Shown in pieces: positions 49,106 through 56,734 of a DNA stretch of 64,000 nucleotides. A model generated the notes under the pieces. That model saw nothing but the letters and a program-made list of their open reading frames with translations. It searched no databases and had not been told where the DNA came from. Made by a program: the position numbers and the translations under genes. The stretch lies in assembly GCA_036170475.1 (NCBI GenBank), contig JAVHPE010000126.1:3999-67998 (forward strand). Direction: 5' to 3'. Every line of letters begins with the position of its first letter. The first letter of the stretch is position 1. This DNA is from Bacteroidia bacterium (lineage in GTDB: Bacteria; Bacteroidota; Bacteroidia; 2-12-FULL-35-15).

Positions 49106-49381
49106 TTATTTTTTCTTTTTACCACCTTTTTTTGCGGCAGCTTCAGCTTCAGCAGCTTTTGCAGCTTCTTCAGCAGCGGTAGCATCAGCAGCAGCTTTAG
49201 CAGCAGCTTCAGCAGCGGCAGCCTCTTCAGCAGCTTTAGCGGCGGCAGCAGCAGCGGCTTCTACTTGTGCTATTGAATCTTTTGTAGCTTTTTCTTTAGC
49301 AGCTTTTTCTTCAGCGCTTGGTCCACAAGCAGCGAATGTAAACACACCTGCTAGGGCAACTAATGTAAATACTTTTTTCAT
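49106..49381 (-). CDS. Ala/Lys/Glu-rich small lipoprotein (paralog 1)
   Basis: MKKVFTLVALAGVFTFAACG lipobox, then an AEEKAAKEKA...AAAKAAEEAAAAEAAAKAA helical low-complexity stretch and a KKGGKKKK tail. Confidence 0.65.
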   Translation of the reverse strand: MKKVFTLVALAGVFTFAACGPSAEEKAAKEKATKDSIAQVEAAAAAAAKAAEEAAAAEAAAKAAADATAAEEAAKAAEAEAAAKKGGKKKK

Positions 49382-49473
49382 TTTGTTTTGTTTGTGATTT
49401 TAATTAAAATTTGCACAAAGCTACATTTATTTTTTTATTTCAAACAACTATTTTAAAAAAAATTCTTCAAGAC

Positions 49474-49511
49474 ATAAAAAAAAGTCCCGCAAAATTGCAG
49501 GACTTTTTTTA
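49474..49511. terminator. bidirectional rho-independent terminator
   Basis: A8-AGTCCCGC-aaaatt-GCAGGACT-T7. Lies 3' of the minus-strand Ala-rich lipoprotein paralog 2. Confidence 0.65.
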
Positions 49512-49526
49512 ACTCAGAATAAGGTA

Positions 49527-49847
49527 TTAACCTCTTCCTTGACCAGGTTTAACCGGTGCTGGCTCAGCCTTTTTAACGGGCTTAGCTTTTCCACCTTTTT
49601 TTGCAGCTTTTGCAGCTTCTTCAGCAGCAGCAGCATCAGCAGCAGCTTTAGCAGCAGCTTCAGCAGCAGCAACTTCGGCAGCTTTTGCAGCTTCAGCAGC
49701 AGCAGCAGCTTGAGCAGCAGCAGCTTCTACAACAGCAATTGAATCTTGTTTTGCTTTTTCTTTAGCGGCTATTTCTTCAGCGCTTGGTCCGCATGCATAG
49801 AATGAAAACATTCCTGCTACGGCAACTAATGTAAGTACTTTTTTCAT
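49527..49847 (-). CDS. Ala/Lys/Glu-rich small lipoprotein (paralog 2)
   Basis: MKKVLTLVAVAGMFSFYACGPSAEEIAAKEKAKQDSIAVVEAAAAQAAAAAEAAKAAE... About 70% identical to paralog 1 over the N-terminal 40 aa. Confidence 0.65.
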   Translation of the reverse strand: MKKVLTLVAVAGMFSFYACGPSAEEIAAKEKAKQDSIAVVEAAAAQAAAAAEAAKAAEVAAAEAAAKAAADAAAAEEAAKAAKKGGKAKPVKKAEPAPVKPGQGRG

Positions 49848-49991
49848 ATTGTTTTAATTGTTTATTTGGTTAACCGGAGACAAAAGTAATATTTTTATTT
49901 AACAAAAAACAAATTTATTTTGATAAAAAAAAACAGTACATTTGTATCCGAAAAAATTAATCATTCCAACTAACAAATAAAAATTAAACAA

Positions 49992-50630
49992 ATGAAAAAA
50001 AACATTTTAAATTTATCCGCAATTGCAATGATTGCATTAGCATCAGTATTTACAGGATGTAAAAAAGATGATATTACTCCCCCTGTTGTTACATTAACCG
50101 GTGATGCAAGTATTACTATTCCACTTAAAGGAGCTTATACTGAATTTGGTGCTACTGCAACTGATGATAAAGATGGTACTATCACTCCTGTCGTTTCTGG
50201 AGATGTGAATACAAACCTTACTGGTACATATACTAAAACTTATACAGCAACTGATGCTGCAGGCAACGTTGGTACAGCTACAAGAACTATTATCGTAATT
50301 TATGATTTAGCTGCAATGCCAGGTACTTATACATGTACAATTTCAGGCACTCCGGATTATGTTTATACACAAACAATAACTGCTGGAACAAATAATAGAA
50401 TTATTTTTGGTAAATTTGGTGATTATGCAGGGAATACAAGTATCTACGCTGATCGCGTAGGTGAAACTATTACATTGCCTAGTCAAACAGCTGTTCAAGT
50501 TGGAACGAATCCTGCCGATAGAACTTTTTCCGGTACAGGGTCAACAACTCAAACAGGTTTTACCTTAACATATACAGAAACTACAAACGGAAATACCATA
50601 AATACTAGTGAAACCTTTGTAAAACAATAA
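49992..50630 (+). CDS. DUF5011 (Ig-like) domain lipoprotein, paralog A
   Basis: Lipobox FTGC. PVVTLTGDASITIPLKGAYTEFGATATDDKDGTITPVVSGDVNTNLTGTYTKTYTATDAAGNVGTATRTIIV is the DUF5011 signature. Confidence 0.75.
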   Translation: MKKNILNLSAIAMIALASVFTGCKKDDITPPVVTLTGDASITIPLKGAYTEFGATATDDKDGTITPVVSGDVNTNLTGTYTKTYTATDAAGNVGTATRTIIVIYDLAAMPGTYTCTISGTPDYVYTQTITAGTNNRIIFGKFGDYAGNTSIYADRVGETITLPSQTAVQVGTNPADRTFSGTGSTTQTGFTLTYTETTNGNTINTSETFVKQ

Positions 50631-50653
50631 TATTATTTTAATTTTCTAAAAAA

Positions 50654-50683
50654 GAGTCCCGAAAATTTCGGGACTCTTTTTTT
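50654..50683 (+). terminator. rho-independent terminator
   Basis: GAGTCCCG-aaaattt-CGGGACTC followed by T7. Confidence 0.75.
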
Positions 50684-50712
50684 GCACTTCAAATTCCTTC
50701 AAGCAATTTTAT

Positions 50713-50720
50713 TACCTTTG
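50713..50720 (+). promoter_or_regulatory. Bacteroidota sigma-A -7 box TAnnTTTG within a conserved motif GCAATTTTATTACCTTTGTAT
   Basis: TACCTTTG. The same extended motif recurs at 51662-51669 and 52837-52844, upstream of two other envelope genes. Confidence 0.4.
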
Positions 50721-50821
50721 TATTTGTTAAAACACATTGATTTTTCTTATTATCAATTTTTAAAAATTGATATCCCTTTTCCGGTTATTAAGAATCATTC
50801 TGACCTATTAAAATACAAAAA

Positions 50822-50995
50822 ATGAAAAAGAACATCTTTAATTTTATTGTAATAGCCTTAATTTCAACCTCAATAGTGCTTACCGGGTGTAAAAAGCCTG
50901 ATAAAACAGCACCTGTTATAACCTTAAATGGTGATGCCAGCCTAACAATCTCTTTACAAGGCACTTATACAGGTTTTAAAACCTTGAAAGTATAA
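50822..50995 (+). pseudogene. truncated DUF5011 lipoprotein paralog (58 codons), interrupted at the toxin-antitoxin insertion
   Basis: MKKNIFNFIVIALISTSIVLTGCKKPDKTAPVITLNGDASLTISLQGTYTGF then KTLKV*. The N-terminus is collinear with paralogs A and C and stops within 5 nt of the RelE/ParE gene end. Confidence 0.6.
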
Positions 50996-50999
50996 ATAG

Positions 51000-51323
51000 T
51001 TAACGCTTATTTCTTTTAATAATTTCCATAGGGTATTGTTTGGTGTGGAATACGTCTGTTATAATTACTTGATTGTTCCTGTGTTGATAAATGATCTTAT
51101 AATTGCCTTCTACTATATATCTGCTGTTTTGTTTTAAGTGTTTAAGCAGTTGTTCTTCCGATCCGGAGTCAGGAAAGTTTTGTAATTGCTCCGCCCGAGC
51201 GATTAATTTGTTAATGTATTTAATAGCGATCGTTTCCGATCGCGTTTCATGTTCAATGTAATCTTTGATCTCATCTAAACTTTTTAAAGCAAAGGGTGTC
51301 CAAGCTAGTTTTACGTTATTCAT
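51000..51323 (-). CDS. type II toxin-antitoxin toxin, RelE/ParE family
   Basis: 107 aa. WTPFALKSLDEIKDYI...RYIVEGNYKIIYQHRNNQVIITDVFHTKQ. Confidence 0.75.
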   Translation of the reverse strand: MNNVKLAWTPFALKSLDEIKDYIEHETRSETIAIKYINKLIARAEQLQNFPDSGSEEQLLKHLKQNSRYIVEGNYKIIYQHRNNQVIITDVFHTKQYPMEIIKRNKR

Positions 51324-51559
51324 TATTTGCTACCGTATTTTATTTTTACGCTTTTATGCGGTATGAGTTTTCCTTGTTTGATTTCTTTTTGCGATTGATC
51401 ATTACGGTCATAAAACTCCTCCAGTGTAAAGGGCTTTATCACTTCCTTTTTGTTTTTTATCTCTTCGTTTAAAAGCATATAAATAGCTTTTAATAGTTGA
51501 TCGCTGTCAACTATATCAACGGCTTTGTGTATTTGTTTTTTTATGGCAGTCTTTGTCAT
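51323..51559 (-). CDS. putative antitoxin / addiction-module component
   Basis: 78-aa ORF whose stop overlaps the toxin start (shared ATGA-type junction). Small helical protein. Confidence 0.5.
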   Translation of the reverse strand: MTKTAIKKQIHKAVDIVDSDQLLKAIYMLLNEEIKNKKEVIKPFTLEEFYDRNDQSQKEIKQGKLIPHKSVKIKYGSK

Positions 51560-51661
51560 TTGTCTAATATTTTAAAACAAATTTACTAATTAATCGGACA
51601 TGTGTATTCCCCGGTGGCAAAGATGTCTTGCACTCTTTTTTTTTCTCTCCTGCAATTTCAT

Positions 51662-51669
51662 TACTTTTG
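51662..51669 (+). promoter_or_regulatory. -7 box TACTTTTG in conserved motif GCAATTTCATTACTTTTGTAT, 29 nt upstream of the DUF5011 paralog C start
   Basis: Matches the TAnnTTTG Bacteroidota consensus. Confidence 0.5.
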
Positions 51670-51697
51670 TATCTTTAGCAAGTCAAAATAAATCTAC

Positions 51698-52333
51698 ATG
51701 AAAAAAAACATTTCAAATTTAATTGCTATTGCCTTTATTTTAGGCTCATTAGTCTTTGCCGGTTGTAAAAAGCCTGATAAAACAGGTCCTGTTATTACCT
51801 TAAATGGTGCAGCCAGTCAAACAATTTCTTTACAAGACACCTATACTGAATTGAATGCCACAGCAACTGACGATAAAGATGGTTCTATTACCCCAACATT
51901 TTCCGGGACTGTAAATGTAAATCATACAGGTGCTTATATTATTACATACAGAGCCACGGATGCAGCCGGCAATATTAGTACTGCAATAAGAACTATTACT
52001 GTTGTGAATGATGTTGCGGCTATGACAGGATACTATATTTGTTCAGGTTCGACTAATTATAATGACACAATAACATTTTCTCCAATAAAGAACAATAGAA
52101 TTCATTTCGGTAAATTCGGGAATTACCAGGGAAATACAAATATCTATGTAGATATTACAGGTACGGATGTTATTCTGGATAGCGTATTTGCTGTCCAGGT
52201 TGGGAGCCCTGCTCTTGACAGATCCTTTAAAGGAACCGGTGTAATAACCTCTCCAACTGTTTTTAATCTGGATTATACCGAAACTATTAATGGAGTAGCT
52301 ACAAATAAAAGTGAACTTTTTACAAAACAATAA
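51698..52333 (+). CDS. DUF5011 (Ig-like) domain lipoprotein, paralog C
   Basis: Lipobox FAGC. PVITLNGAASQTISLQDTYTELNATATDDKDGSITPTFSGTVNVNHTGAYIITYRATDAAGN. Confidence 0.75.
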   Translation: MKKNISNLIAIAFILGSLVFAGCKKPDKTGPVITLNGAASQTISLQDTYTELNATATDDKDGSITPTFSGTVNVNHTGAYIITYRATDAAGNISTAIRTITVVNDVAAMTGYYICSGSTNYNDTITFSPIKNNRIHFGKFGNYQGNTNIYVDITGTDVILDSVFAVQVGSPALDRSFKGTGVITSPTVFNLDYTETINGVATNKSELFTKQ

Positions 52334-52375
52334 TAACCTGCGTTCGATTAATAAATTCACAAAAACTGTGTGTTT

Positions 52376-52808
52376 TTCTTTTTTCTTGAAAAAAAAGAAA
52401 CAGGGCAAATGTGTAGTACACATTTGAGCCAGCATGTGTATGGCTTTCAAGAACAAACGATTCCTCCCCACAAGCAACACAACATCGCGTTTGTTCAGTC
52501 CTCACGCGCATTTCCATAAATTTATTTTTGCACAAAATGAAATTATTAACGGTGCGGCTGATGTCCACGAAAAGTGCGAACCGCAAGTTTCGTGGCGATG
52601 TTGCGTAAGGCATTTGCGGGTAAAACGAAGGCTTGTGGTTGGTTTTCGTGGTCTCCTTTTCTTTGTTTCTTTCTTTTGGAGAAACAAAAGAAAGAAAAAT
52701 CCTTTCACGAAGCTGCATTGCAAGTCAATTGGCGATATTTCTATAATCGAACTCAGGTTAAGGGTAGTGAATTTATAAAAGCCCTTCATTAATGGAAGGG
52801 CTTTTTTG
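52376..52808 (+). ncRNA. candidate structured non-coding element A (paralog of 57886-58110): sRNA or MITE-like unit
   Basis: GC-rich island with conserved blocks GGTGCGGCTGATGTC (52551), GGTTGGTTTTCGTGGTCTC (52640) and the hairpin CTTTCTTTTG-gagaaa-CAAAAGAAAG (52669-52694). A similar hairpin TTCTTTTTTC-ttg-AAAAAAAAGAA lies at 52376-52402. Mutually exclusive pairings are possible: CCACGAAAAG with CAAGTTTCGTGG or with GGTTTTCGTGG. A rho-independent terminator follows at 52779-52808. Overlapping ORFs on both strands are non-protein-like. Confidence 0.3.
52779..52808 (+). terminator. rho-independent terminator
   Basis: GCCCTTC-attaatg-GAAGGGC followed by T6. Confidence 0.65.
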
Positions 52809-52836
52809 TGTTATCTAATCCATTAAGCAATTTTAT

Positions 52837-52844
52837 TACTTTTG
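52837..52844 (+). promoter_or_regulatory. -7 box TACTTTTG in conserved motif AAGCAATTTTATTACTTTTGTGT, 34 nt upstream of the LTA-synthase-family gene
   Basis: TAnnTTTG consensus, in a motif shared with 50701-50725 and 51650-51672. Confidence 0.5.
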
Positions 52845-52877
52845 TGTGGTTGACTACAATTTTATAATTTAATCTGC

Positions 52878-54779
52878 ATGCAAAAAAACTTCGGCAACCT
52901 TTTTGGATTATTAAAACATCTTTTTCCCTTACTCATTATTTATGCCGCTTACAGACTACTTTTCTACTTTTTTTACTATTCATATTTTTCAGATTTAAGT
53001 CTCTGGAAACTTTCATCGATACTATTTTTTGGTCTTCGGTTCGATTTATCGGTTATCATACTATCTAATTTTCTTTTTGTTTTATTATACCTTTTGCCTT
53101 TTGCATTCAGGGAGAAAAATTGGTATCGAATATTGCTAAAATGGCTATTTTGGAGCGTTAATAGCTTAGCTATGTTAGCTAATTGTGTTGATTTAGTCTA
53201 TTTCCAATTTACATTAAAGCGTACGAATGCTACTGTGTTTCATTTTTTCGGAGGGAAAATCGGTAATGATTTAGGACATTTGCTTCCCTTGTTTTTAAAA
53301 GAGTATTGGTATATTTTAGCTATCTGGATGGTTTTATCATACTTTATCTATTATCTGTATAAAAAAACCGAAAAAATTTTTCCACAACAATGGACAACAA
53401 AGCAATATAGCCTGCAAACAGCTATTCTAATAGGATTCAGTCCGCTTTGTATTATTACCTATCGCGGGGGATTCCAATTAAAACCAATTAGTATTGTAAG
53501 TGCCGGAGAATATGCTCCCGCAAAATATGTTCCTTTAGTAGTGAACACACCTTTTGCTATTCTGAAAACATTGGATGTGCCGGCAATTGAACCCTCTGTT
53601 TACTGGCCGCATGAAAATGAAATAACGATTAAAGAATTATTCAATCCTAACCATAAAGCTAAAAATGGAACTTTTAAAAAATTAAATGTATTTGTAATTA
53701 CGCTAGAAAGTTTTTCAAAAGAATACATTGGCGCACTCAATGGTAAATCTAACGGCTACACCCCTTTTTTAGATTCGCTTATTTCTGAAAGTCTGATTTT
53801 TACCAATGCATTTTCAAATGGAAAGACTTCCATTGAAGGCATTCCTGCTATCGTTTCAAGCATCCCAACATGGATGAATGAACCTTTCATTACGTCACCT
53901 TATGGAAGTAATCAAATGAACAGCTTAGCTAATTTACTAAAAAAGCAAGGTTATTATTCCGCATTTTTTCATGGTGGGACCAATGGAACTATGGGTTTTG
54001 ATGCATTTGCCAATCTTGCCGGGTATGATGATTATTTCGGACGCACTGAATATAACAACGAAAAAGATTATGATGGAAACTGGGGAATCTGGGATGAAGA
54101 ATTTTTGCAATATACCGCCAATACTATTAATAAAAAGCAACAACCCTTCTTTGCAACTGTATTTACTTTAACATCACACCACCCTTTTCCTATACCTGCT
54201 AAATACAAAAATCAATTTAAAGAAGGTGCTCTTCCTATCGAAAAAAGTATTGCTTACACCGATTACGCATTAAAAATTTTTTTTGAATCCGCTAAAAAAA
54301 TGCCCTGGTTCAATAATACACTTTTTGTATTATCTGCTGATCATACAGGTATTTCAACTGATCCTTACTATACAAATAATATAGGCAACTATTCGATACC
54401 CATTATATTCTATATGCCAAACAGTAAATTGAAAGGATGTGATTCTACGATCACTCAGCAAATAGATATTATGCCTTCGGTACTTGATTTCTTAAATTAC
54501 CCATTACCTTATTTTGCTTTTGGAACAAGTGTTTTCGATACTGCCCAACAACACTTTGCATTTGTTTTCAGGTATGATTTATTTCAATTGATTGAAAATA
54601 ATTATTTACTTCAATTTAATGGTGATAAAGCAACCGATTTATTTCATTTTACTACTGATAGTTTGCTTAAAGATAATTTGATTCTGAAAGATTCAGTTCT
54701 TGCAAAAAAAATGGAAAACCATACTAAAGCTATTATTCAAACGTATCAGCAAAGTTTGATAAATAATAAAATGCACTAA
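52878..54779 (+). CDS. LTA-synthase-family protein (polytopic N-terminus plus sulfatase/alkaline-phosphatase-superfamily domain; phosphoglycerol/phosphoethanolamine transferase-like)
   Basis: Five predicted TM helices, then VFVITLESFSKEYIGALNG...TPFLDSLISESLIFTNAFSNGKTSIEGIP... and SADHTG. Confidence 0.7.
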   Translation: MQKNFGNLFGLLKHLFPLLIIYAAYRLLFYFFYYSYFSDLSLWKLSSILFFGLRFDLSVIILSNFLFVLLYLLPFAFREKNWYRILLKWLFWSVNSLAMLANCVDLVYFQFTLKRTNATVFHFFGGKIGNDLGHLLPLFLKEYWYILAIWMVLSYFIYYLYKKTEKIFPQQWTTKQYSLQTAILIGFSPLCIITYRGGFQLKPISIVSAGEYAPAKYVPLVVNTPFAILKTLDVPAIEPSVYWPHENEITIKELFNPNHKAKNGTFKKLNVFVITLESFSKEYIGALNGKSNGYTPFLDSLISESLIFTNAFSNGKTSIEGIPAIVSSIPTWMNEPFITSPYGSNQMNSLANLLKKQGYYSAFFHGGTNGTMGFDAFANLAGYDDYFGRTEYNNEKDYDGNWGIWDEEFLQYTANTINKKQQPFFATVFTLTSHHPFPIPAKYKNQFKEGALPIEKSIAYTDYALKIFFESAKKMPWFNNTLFVLSADHTGISTDPYYTNNIGNYSIPIIFYMPNSKLKGCDSTITQQIDIMPSVLDFLNYPLPYFAFGTSVFDTAQQHFAFVFRYDLFQLIENNYLLQFNGDKATDLFHFTTDSLLKDNLILKDSVLAKKMENHTKAIIQTYQQSLINNKMH

Positions 54780-54854
54780 AACAATTTTGCTATTGAGCAA
54801 TTGGCAATTGGCAATTATGCAATTTTAATTGAGCAATTGGCAATTTAGAACATA

Positions 54855-54900
54855 GTCCCCCTTGTGAGAAAGCAAGTGTGGAGGAGAAGGGGGGTGCGAA
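54855..54900. repeat. solo copy of the DUF559-cassette terminal repeat
   Basis: GTCCCCCTTGTGAG-n18-GAAGGGGGGTGCGAAG has the same architecture as the 45640-45688 repeat, with no endonuclease ORF nearby. Confidence 0.5.
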
Positions 54901-54972
54901 GATTTTGTGTGTTGTTGGGGGATGTTTTTTTTGATTCGTAAATTCGTTATAATACCATTTATTAATATATAT

Positions 54973-55066
54973 TAGTCCAATCTAAAAAAACAACCCGCTT
55001 TCTCGACTTCGCTCGAAATGGCCCGTGCGAAGTCGAGAAAGCGGGTGGCATAACTGAATTGGACTA
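54973..55066. repeat. large nested palindrome
   Basis: Outer arms TAGTCCAAT / ATTGGACTA. Inner perfect 19-bp arms CCCGCTTTCTCGACTTCGC / GCGAAGTCGAGAAAGCGGG around a 14-nt loop. Confidence 0.7.
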
Positions 55067-55114
55067 TTTTATAAGTATAATTGGTATAATTCATTATCCA
55101 AAACCAAAAATATT

Positions 55115-55987
55115 TTGAAAAAAAAAATTTGTTTTATCGTTAATCCTATTTCAGGTATTGGCAGACAAAAGGTCATTGAAAAACTGATTGACCAGCATCT
55201 TAACCGCTCACTTTTTGATTATGAAATAGCCTATACCAAAGCGGCTAAACATGCTACAGAACTTGCAAAAAAAGCTGTCGCGGATAATTTCAATATTGTG
55301 GTTGCTGTGGGAGGAGATGGATCTATTAATGAAATAGGAAAAGGACTGATTGGTTCTACTGCCGCATTGGCAATTATTCCGGCCGGTTCCGGCAATGGCT
55401 TGGCAAGACATTTGAAAATTCCATTAGATTCAAAAAAAGCGATGGACATAATTAACAATGCCAAAGAAATGATGATTGATACAATGCAATTCAATAATGA
55501 GACCTTTATTAATATAGCCGGACTTGGCTTTGATGCTCATATCGGTTGGGAGTTTGCTAAGTTCGGTAAACGCGGACTTTCCTCGTACCTCAAACTAATA
55601 GCTCGTGAATATCCAAAATACAAAGCTGCCGATTATGAATTGATTATTAATGGAAAATCTTTTCATAAAAAAGCATTTGTAATAAGTTTCGCGAACGGTG
55701 CGCAATGGGGAAATGACGCACACATAGCGCCTCTTGCAGATATTGCCGATGGCTTTATTGATATCGCTATTTTAAAAGATTTTTCATTTTTAAATGCAAT
55801 TTCGATAGGGTATCGATTATTCAGTAAAACACTACACAAATCGCCCTATTTGGAAATAATAAAAACTAAAGAAGTAATTGTAAAACATGCTAATACCATT
55901 GCACATATTGATGGCGAGCCTATTGAAATTGGCGATACCATTTCGATAAAAGTGAATCCATTATCTTTAAAAATAATAGTTCCTTAA
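55115..55987 (+). CDS. diacylglycerol/lipid kinase catalytic-domain protein (YegS/BmrU family)
   Basis: ICFIVNPISGIGRQ...VVAVGGDGSINEIG...IPAGSGNGLARHL. The ORF as listed starts at TTG, so start-codon identity is uncertain. Confidence 0.75.
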   Translation: MKKKICFIVNPISGIGRQKVIEKLIDQHLNRSLFDYEIAYTKAAKHATELAKKAVADNFNIVVAVGGDGSINEIGKGLIGSTAALAIIPAGSGNGLARHLKIPLDSKKAMDIINNAKEMMIDTMQFNNETFINIAGLGFDAHIGWEFAKFGKRGLSSYLKLIAREYPKYKAADYELIINGKSFHKKAFVISFANGAQWGNDAHIAPLADIADGFIDIAILKDFSFLNAISIGYRLFSKTLHKSPYLEIIKTKEVIVKHANTIAHIDGEPIEIGDTISIKVNPLSLKIIVP

Positions 55988-56002
55988 AAATTATTGACTT
56001 AC

Positions 56003-56090
56003 CCTGCCAGGGTTTCAAACCCTGTTAGGGTTAGAGTTAGGGTTAGGGTTTAAAAGTTCTGTTTCAATCTGACAGGGTGTTTGAAAGTTT
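56003..56090. repeat. REP-like palindromic repeat, family 2, copy 2, with embedded TTAGGG-like triplet
   Basis: CCAGGGTTTCAAACCCTGTTAGGGTTAGAGTTAGGGTTAGGGTTT...CTGACAGGGTGTTTGAAAG. The second hairpin is degenerate. Confidence 0.65.
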
Positions 56091-56130
56091 GAAAGCGAGT
56101 ATCGTAAAAAATATCAATGGGATGTTGTAT

Positions 56131-56706
56131 TTATTTGAATTTGCGCTTTAAAAATTTAGAAACAATTTTTTCGGCTTCCGCAAAAGCATTTTCTAATTTA
56201 TCATTCAATATTATTTTATCAAATAAATTCGCTGTTTTTAATTCGTTTTCAGCTTTCTCAATTCTATGGGCAAGACTTTCTGCCGTTTCTGAATCTCTTG
56301 ATTTTAATCGAGTTTCGAGGTGCTGAATGGAGGGAGGCATTACAAAAACAGCCAATGCCCTATCTCCAAACTGATTTTTTAAATGCAAGCCTCCTACCAC
56401 ATCTACATCAAAAATTACATGCTTTCCTTTTTTCCAGATTCGTTCTATTTCAACTTTTAAGGTTCCATAAAAATGATCTTTATAAACCTCTTCCCATTCT
56501 ACAAATTCATTGTCTTCTATTTTTTCTTTGAACTCCTTTATTGACAAAAAATAATAATCCACTCCATGTGTTTCGCCGTTACGCATTTGACGGCTACAAG
56601 CTGAAACTGAAAACTCTACCTGTGGAAGCACTTTCAATAAATGCTGCACAATAGTAGTTTTACCTGCTCCTGATGGCGCTGAAAATATGATAAGTTTACC
56701 CTGCAC
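56131..56706 (-). CDS. gmk: guanylate kinase
   Basis: LIIFSAPSGAGKTTIV (P-loop) and the typical Gmk length and layout. Confidence 0.9.
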   Translation of the reverse strand: MQGKLIIFSAPSGAGKTTIVQHLLKVLPQVEFSVSACSRQMRNGETHGVDYYFLSIKEFKEKIEDNEFVEWEEVYKDHFYGTLKVEIERIWKKGKHVIFDVDVVGGLHLKNQFGDRALAVFVMPPSIQHLETRLKSRDSETAESLAHRIEKAENELKTANLFDKIILNDKLENAFAEAEKIVSKFLKRKFK

Positions 56707-56734
56707 TTATAAATGAATTATGAATTTTAATATC

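Noticed and set aside
49074-49742. Plus-strand ORFs 49074-49397 and 49539-49742 (Ala/Ser/Phe-rich)
   Set aside because: Mirror-strand artefacts of the GCN-rich Ala lipoprotein genes. The minus-strand genes have lipoprotein signal peptides and their own terminators.
52320-52792. Four overlapping ORFs on both strands across element A, and ORFs 57863-58144 and 57892-58128 across element B
   Set aside because: They overlap on opposite strands and have Cys/Trp/Arg-rich non-protein-like composition. The similarity between the loci is at the nucleotide level, in blocks, not in a consistent reading frame. Better explained as structured non-coding DNA or RNA.
56020-56050. TTAGGG-like telomeric repeat triplet
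   Set aside because: Only three units, embedded in a REP-like palindromic element. Unlikely to be a telomere or a eukaryotic contaminant, given the surrounding bacterial genes.
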